Source of the DNA: an uncultured Coriobacteriia bacterium
GTDB taxonomy: Bacteria; Actinomycetota; Coriobacteriia; Anaerosomatales; PALSA-660
Assembly: GCA_963726435.1 (NCBI GenBank)
Contig: CAVSCJ010000005.1
Location: 81,452-145,451, forward strand
DNA: 64,000 nt
Direction of reading: 5' to 3'
Part shown: piece by piece, positions 60,209 through 64,000 of the stretch
Layout: each line of letters starts with the position of its first letter
How positions within the stretch are numbered: position 1 is the first letter of the stretch
Position numbers and translations under genes: made by a program
Notes under the pieces: model-generated
The model's database searches: none
What the model saw: only the letters and a program-made list of their open reading frames with translations
Told to the model about the DNA's origin: nothing

Positions 60209-62869
60209 ATGCGCAGGATGCTTGACCCCAAGACCATCGCGCTCATCGGCGCCACGGAGACCGAAGGCGCAGTCGGCAGGACGATCATGGAGAACCTGCT
60301 GGCCTCGACCGGGCGCGACATCTACCCGGTCAACCCGCGTCACAAGACCGTGTTCGGGCTGCCTTGCGTCCCGAGTATCGCGGACGTGCCCGCGGGCGTG
60401 GACCTCGCGATCGTCGCGACGCCCGCGGAGGGAGTGCCCGACGTGCTCGACGGATGCGCGGCGGCGCGCGTCGCCGGCGCGATCGTCGTCTCGGCGGGGT
60501 TCGGTGAGACCGGCACGCATGGCGTGGTGCTCGAGAGGCGCATCGAGAAGCTTCTGCGCACCTCCCCCATGCGTGTCGTCGGTCCCAACTGCCTCGGCAT
60601 CATCCGTCCGACCATCGGCCTGAACGCCTCGTTCCTCACGGTGGAGCCGAAGGCCGGCGACATCGCTCTGATATCGCAGAGCGGCGCGCTCGGGACCGGC
60701 ATGCTCGACTGGGCTGTGAGCGCGAATGTCGGCTTCTCGCTGTTCGCATCGGTGGGCGGCATGGTGGACGTCGACTTCGCGGACCTCATCGACTTCCTCG
60801 GCGAGGACCGGCACACGCGCAGCATCCTCATCTACATGGAGAGCATCGGGAACGCGCGGAGGTTCATGAGCGCGGCGCGAGGCTTCGCGAGGAACAAGCC
60901 GATCATCGTGCTGAAGCCCGGACGGTACGCCGCGAGCGCCCGTGCCGCACTCTCCCACACCGGCGCGCTCGCCGGCGACGACGAGGTCTATGAGGCCGCG
61001 TTCCGCAGGACCGGCGTCGTCCGCGTCCACGAGGTCGCCGACCTCTTCCACGCAGCGGAGGTGCTCGATTCCCACCTCCTCCCGGTGGGCCCGGACGTGG
61101 CGATCGTGACCAACGCCGGAGGCCTCGGCGTCATGGCGACCGACTCGCTCATCGAGCTGGGCGGGAGACTCGCGCCGCTGACCGAGAAGACCATGAAGGC
61201 GCTGGACGCGGCCCTGCCGATCTACTGGAGCCATTCCAACCCCATCGACGTCTTGGGTGATGCGGGCAGCGACCGCTTCGTAGCGGGAGTCGACGCATGC
61301 CTGCGCGACAAAGGCGTCAACGGCGTCCTCGTCATCTACACGCCTCAGGGCAACGCGCGTCCCGACGCCATGGCCGAGCAGGTCGCGGCGCTGGCCGGCA
61401 AGGCAGCCAAGCCGCTCATCACCGTGCTCATGGGCGGCCGCACCGTCGACAACGGCCGCGCTATCTTCCAGGCGGCCGGCGTGCCCTGCTACGACACCCC
61501 CGAGGACGCGGTCAAGTCGTACATGGGCATGTACCGCTACGCGAGGAACCTCGAGCTTCTCTACGAGACGCCCGCCCAGCTGGCGATCGACGTCGCGCCA
61601 CCCATACACAACCTGCAGGCGACCTTGCTGCGGGTCGCACGGAGCGGCCGCAAGGTGCTCACGGAAGACGAGTCGAAGCGGTTCGTGAAGACGTATGGGA
61701 TCCCGGTCATCACACAACGGCTGACCCACAACGTCGAGGAAGCACTGGCCGCGGCGACTCGCCTCGGCTACCCCGTGGTTCTCAAGATCGCCTCCGAGGG
61801 CATCACGCACAAGACAGCCGCGGGCGGAGTCGAGACCGGCGTGTGCTCCCCTGAAGACCTGGAGCGCGCGTACGAGCGCCTGCTCGCGCGCGTGCGCAGG
61901 AGTTCGCCGAACGCCGTGATCGAGGGCGTCTCGGTCCAGAAGATGGTACGGGCGGTCGACTACGAGATCATCCTGGGACTCAAGAAGGATCCGCAGTTCG
62001 GGACGGTGATCGTGTTCGGCGCCGGGGGTGTCGCCGCCGAGGGGCTCGCCGACTTCGCCGTGGCCCTCCCTCCGCTGAACCAGACGCTGGCCCACCGCAT
62101 GATGGAGGAGACCCGCATCTTCGCGAGGATGCTCAAGCCGCCCGGCGGAGTGACCGCGCCGGACATCGGCGAGTTGGAGGAGCTGCTCGTCAAGCTCTCG
62201 AACATCGCCGTGGACTTCCCGGAGATCGCAGAGGTCGACATCAACCCGCTCGTGATCGCGAACGGGAAGGCCTGCGCGGTCGACGCGCGCATCGTGATCG
62301 ACGAATCGGTGATCGCGGGCAAGCCCAGGTTCCCGCATCTCGTGATCTCGCCCTACCCCACTCGATACGTCACTCCGTGGAAGCTGTCGGACGGCACGGA
62401 GGTCCTGCTGCGGCCGATCCGCCCCGAGGACGAGCCGATGGAAGCCGAGATGCTGGCCACTCTGTCGCCGGAGACCCTGCGCGGCCGCTTCTTCGAGCAC
62501 AACATCGACATCACGCACGAGATGCTCGTGCGGTTCACCAACATCGACTACGACCGCGAGATGGCGATCATCGCCGAGCTCACGCTCGGGAAGAAGAAGC
62601 GCATGATCGGCGTGGGTCGCCTGATGGCCGAAGCGGACAGGGGTTGCGGCGAGTTCGCGGTGGTCGTCCACGACGACTTCCAGAGCAGAGGGCTCGGCTA
62701 CAAGCTGACCGACGTCATCATCGGCATCGCGCAGGAGAAGGGGCTTCGGGAGATCACGGGCTACATCGATGCGGGCAACCACCGGATGCTCAAGGTCGTC
62801 TCAGAGCTCGGGTTCGTCGCGGTGAGGACGGACGACAGAGTCACGACCGTGCGGTTGGATCTCATCTGA
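60209..62869 (+). CDS. pat: Pat-type protein lysine acetyltransferase: ADP-forming acyl-CoA synthetase-like domains plus a C-terminal GNAT.
   Basis: 886 aa: IALIGATETEG, GPNCLGI, SQSGALG, an ATP-grasp region, and the C-terminal GNAT AVVVHDDFQSRGLGYKL. Confidence 0.88.
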   Translation: MRRMLDPKTIALIGATETEGAVGRTIMENLLASTGRDIYPVNPRHKTVFGLPCVPSIADVPAGVDLAIVATPAEGVPDVLDGCAAARVAGAIVVSAGFGETGTHGVVLERRIEKLLRTSPMRVVGPNCLGIIRPTIGLNASFLTVEPKAGDIALISQSGALGTGMLDWAVSANVGFSLFASVGGMVDVDFADLIDFLGEDRHTRSILIYMESIGNARRFMSAARGFARNKPIIVLKPGRYAASARAALSHTGALAGDDEVYEAAFRRTGVVRVHEVADLFHAAEVLDSHLLPVGPDVAIVTNAGGLGVMATDSLIELGGRLAPLTEKTMKALDAALPIYWSHSNPIDVLGDAGSDRFVAGVDACLRDKGVNGVLVIYTPQGNARPDAMAEQVAALAGKAAKPLITVLMGGRTVDNGRAIFQAAGVPCYDTPEDAVKSYMGMYRYARNLELLYETPAQLAIDVAPPIHNLQATLLRVARSGRKVLTEDESKRFVKTYGIPVITQRLTHNVEEALAAATRLGYPVVLKIASEGITHKTAAGGVETGVCSPEDLERAYERLLARVRRSSPNAVIEGVSVQKMVRAVDYEIILGLKKDPQFGTVIVFGAGGVAAEGLADFAVALPPLNQTLAHRMMEETRIFARMLKPPGGVTAPDIGELEELLVKLSNIAVDFPEIAEVDINPLVIANGKACAVDARIVIDESVIAGKPRFPHLVISPYPTRYVTPWKLSDGTEVLLRPIRPEDEPMEAEMLATLSPETLRGRFFEHNIDITHEMLVRFTNIDYDREMAIIAELTLGKKKRMIGVGRLMAEADRGCGEFAVVVHDDFQSRGLGYKLTDVIIGIAQEKGLREITGYIDAGNHRMLKVVSELGFVAVRTDDRVTTVRLDLI

Positions 62870-62886
62870 GGGCGTCTGGTGCCACG

Positions 62887-64000
62887 ATGGCGGACGTAGC
62901 GGGCGGTACGCGGGGCAGGCGATACGGAGACAAGTGGCTCGTGCTTGTCGCCGCCTCCGTAGGCCTGTTCCTGGTGGTCGTGGACAGCACGATCGTCAAC
63001 ATCTCGATCCCGGCCATGATCAAGGGTCTGAACACCGACCTCTCGAGTGTGGAGTGGGTGCTCAACGGCTACACGCTCGTCTTCGCGTCGCTTCTGATCC
63101 CGATGGGCCGGACCGGCGACATGTTCGGACGCAAGCTGGTCTTCCTGGTCGGGTTGGCGTTGTTCGGGGTCGCTTCGGCCGCCTGCGGTCTGGCGCCGAC
63201 GATCGGCCTGCTGGTCACGTCCCGAGTGGTGCAGGCGGTCGGAGCGGCCGCGATGATGCCGGCGACCCTGTCGCTCGTTCAGGTGAGCTTCGAGCCGAGT
63301 GAGCGCGGACTCGCTTTCGGGGTGTGGGCCGCCATCTCGGGGTTCGGGATCGGGATCGGGCCGACGCTGGGAGGGCTGCTGACCGAGTACGACTGGCGCT
63401 ACATCTTCTTCGTGAACGTTCCGATCGTGGCTGCGGCATTCGTCTACACGCTGCTGGTCGTGCCGGAGTCGAAGGACGCGGAGTGCCACTCGATCGACTG
63501 GACCGGCGGCGCGCTGTGGGTGACCGCGTTCACTGCGTTCAACTACGCGGTCATCGAGGGGCCGGCGGTGAGTTGGGGCGGCGCGATACCGTGGTTGTTC
63601 GCTGGGTCGGTCATGCTCATGGCGGCGTTCCTGTGGTGGGAGTCGCGCGCTGCCGAGCCGATGCTCAACCTCGGCCTGTTCAAGAGCTCGGCGTTCTCGG
63701 CCGGCAACGCTGCCACGACCGCCCTGCTGTTCGGGATGGTCGGCGGGTTCTTCCTCATACCGCTGTTCCTCCAAGACGGGCTGGGCTTCAGTGCGCTCAG
63801 GACCGGGCTCACGCTCGCGCCGATCGCGCTGGTGCTCATGGTGATCGGACCCATCGTCGGCTCGCTCAGTGACCGTCACCCGCCGCGCTGGTTCATGGTG
63901 CCGGGCATGCTGACCGTGAGCGCCGCCCTTCTGTGGATCTCGACGATCACCACCGCCGACACCCCCACGTCCCTGCTACCGCGCTTCCTGCTGATGGGCG
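62887..64000 (+). CDS. DHA2-family MFS efflux transporter, 3' end beyond the window.
   Basis: Open frame from ATG 62887 to the window end: LVVVDSTIVNISIPAMI, GRTGDMFGRKLVFLVGL, VQAVGAAAMMPATLSLV. Confidence 0.85.
   Translation, partial: MADVAGGTRGRRYGDKWLVLVAASVGLFLVVVDSTIVNISIPAMIKGLNTDLSSVEWVLNGYTLVFASLLIPMGRTGDMFGRKLVFLVGLALFGVASAACGLAPTIGLLVTSRVVQAVGAAAMMPATLSLVQVSFEPSERGLAFGVWAAISGFGIGIGPTLGGLLTEYDWRYIFFVNVPIVAAAFVYTLLVVPESKDAECHSIDWTGGALWVTAFTAFNYAVIEGPAVSWGGAIPWLFAGSVMLMAAFLWWESRAAEPMLNLGLFKSSAFSAGNAATTALLFGMVGGFFLIPLFLQDGLGFSALRTGLTLAPIALVLMVIGPIVGSLSDRHPPRWFMVPGMLTVSAALLWISTITTADTPTSLLPRFLLMG

Overview
This is a high-GC chromosomal segment (roughly two-thirds G+C by eye) that looks actinobacterial, with about 60 genes, mostly on the minus strand. 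I found no rRNA, tRNA, CRISPR array, transposase or integrase.

Gene content, left to right:
- nadB and nadA, both frame-broken, then panC and panB.
- A zinc-ribbon membrane protein.
- The conserved actinobacterial block folK, folP, folE, ftsH, hpt, tilS. folB is missing; a DUF2007-like membrane protein sits in its slot.
- A ClC channel with CBS domains.
- A Liv branched-chain amino-acid ABC operon and cysK, both riddled with frame breaks, flanking an intact Rrf2 regulator.
- A glutaredoxin-like gene plus a ferredoxin-thioredoxin-reductase-catalytic (FTRc)/Rieske fusion.
- A membrane protein, a PQQ-like beta-propeller and a 4Fe-4S protein.
- A YhaO/YhaN-type nuclease/ATPase pair.
- A COG2403 protein resembling cyclic-2,3-diphosphoglycerate synthetase.
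- A chagasin-type inhibitor next to a secreted papain-like (NlpC/P60-like) protein.
- An acidic coiled-coil protein.
- DUF1611, an M19 dipeptidase and an MFS transporter.
- GT28 and GT2 glycosyltransferases, then another MFS transporter.
- A B12-binding radical SAM protein and an Old Yellow Enzyme (OYE) flavoprotein.
- An rSAM/selenodomain (ArsS) cluster.
- A GNAT acetyltransferase and an intact Opp/Dpp operon.
- A secreted protein and a TPR protein.
- A divergent deacetylase/Pat acetyltransferase pair, and a partial DHA2 MFS gene at the right edge.

The most interesting signal is at 46.1-50.6 kb. The convergent arsS and arsM-like genes each carry an in-frame TGA exactly at a conserved cysteine position, so both are probable selenocysteine recoding events. 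They sit beside a fused rSAM/selenodomain-associated transferase 1+2 and a disulfide oxidoreductase.

The second signal is a sharply bounded zone at 13.2-20.0 kb with about 30 frame breaks by my count. The flanking multi-kb genes have none.

All calls come from reading the supplied ORF translations and the sequence by eye. No database search or computation was run. Start codons and frame-break positions are approximate.
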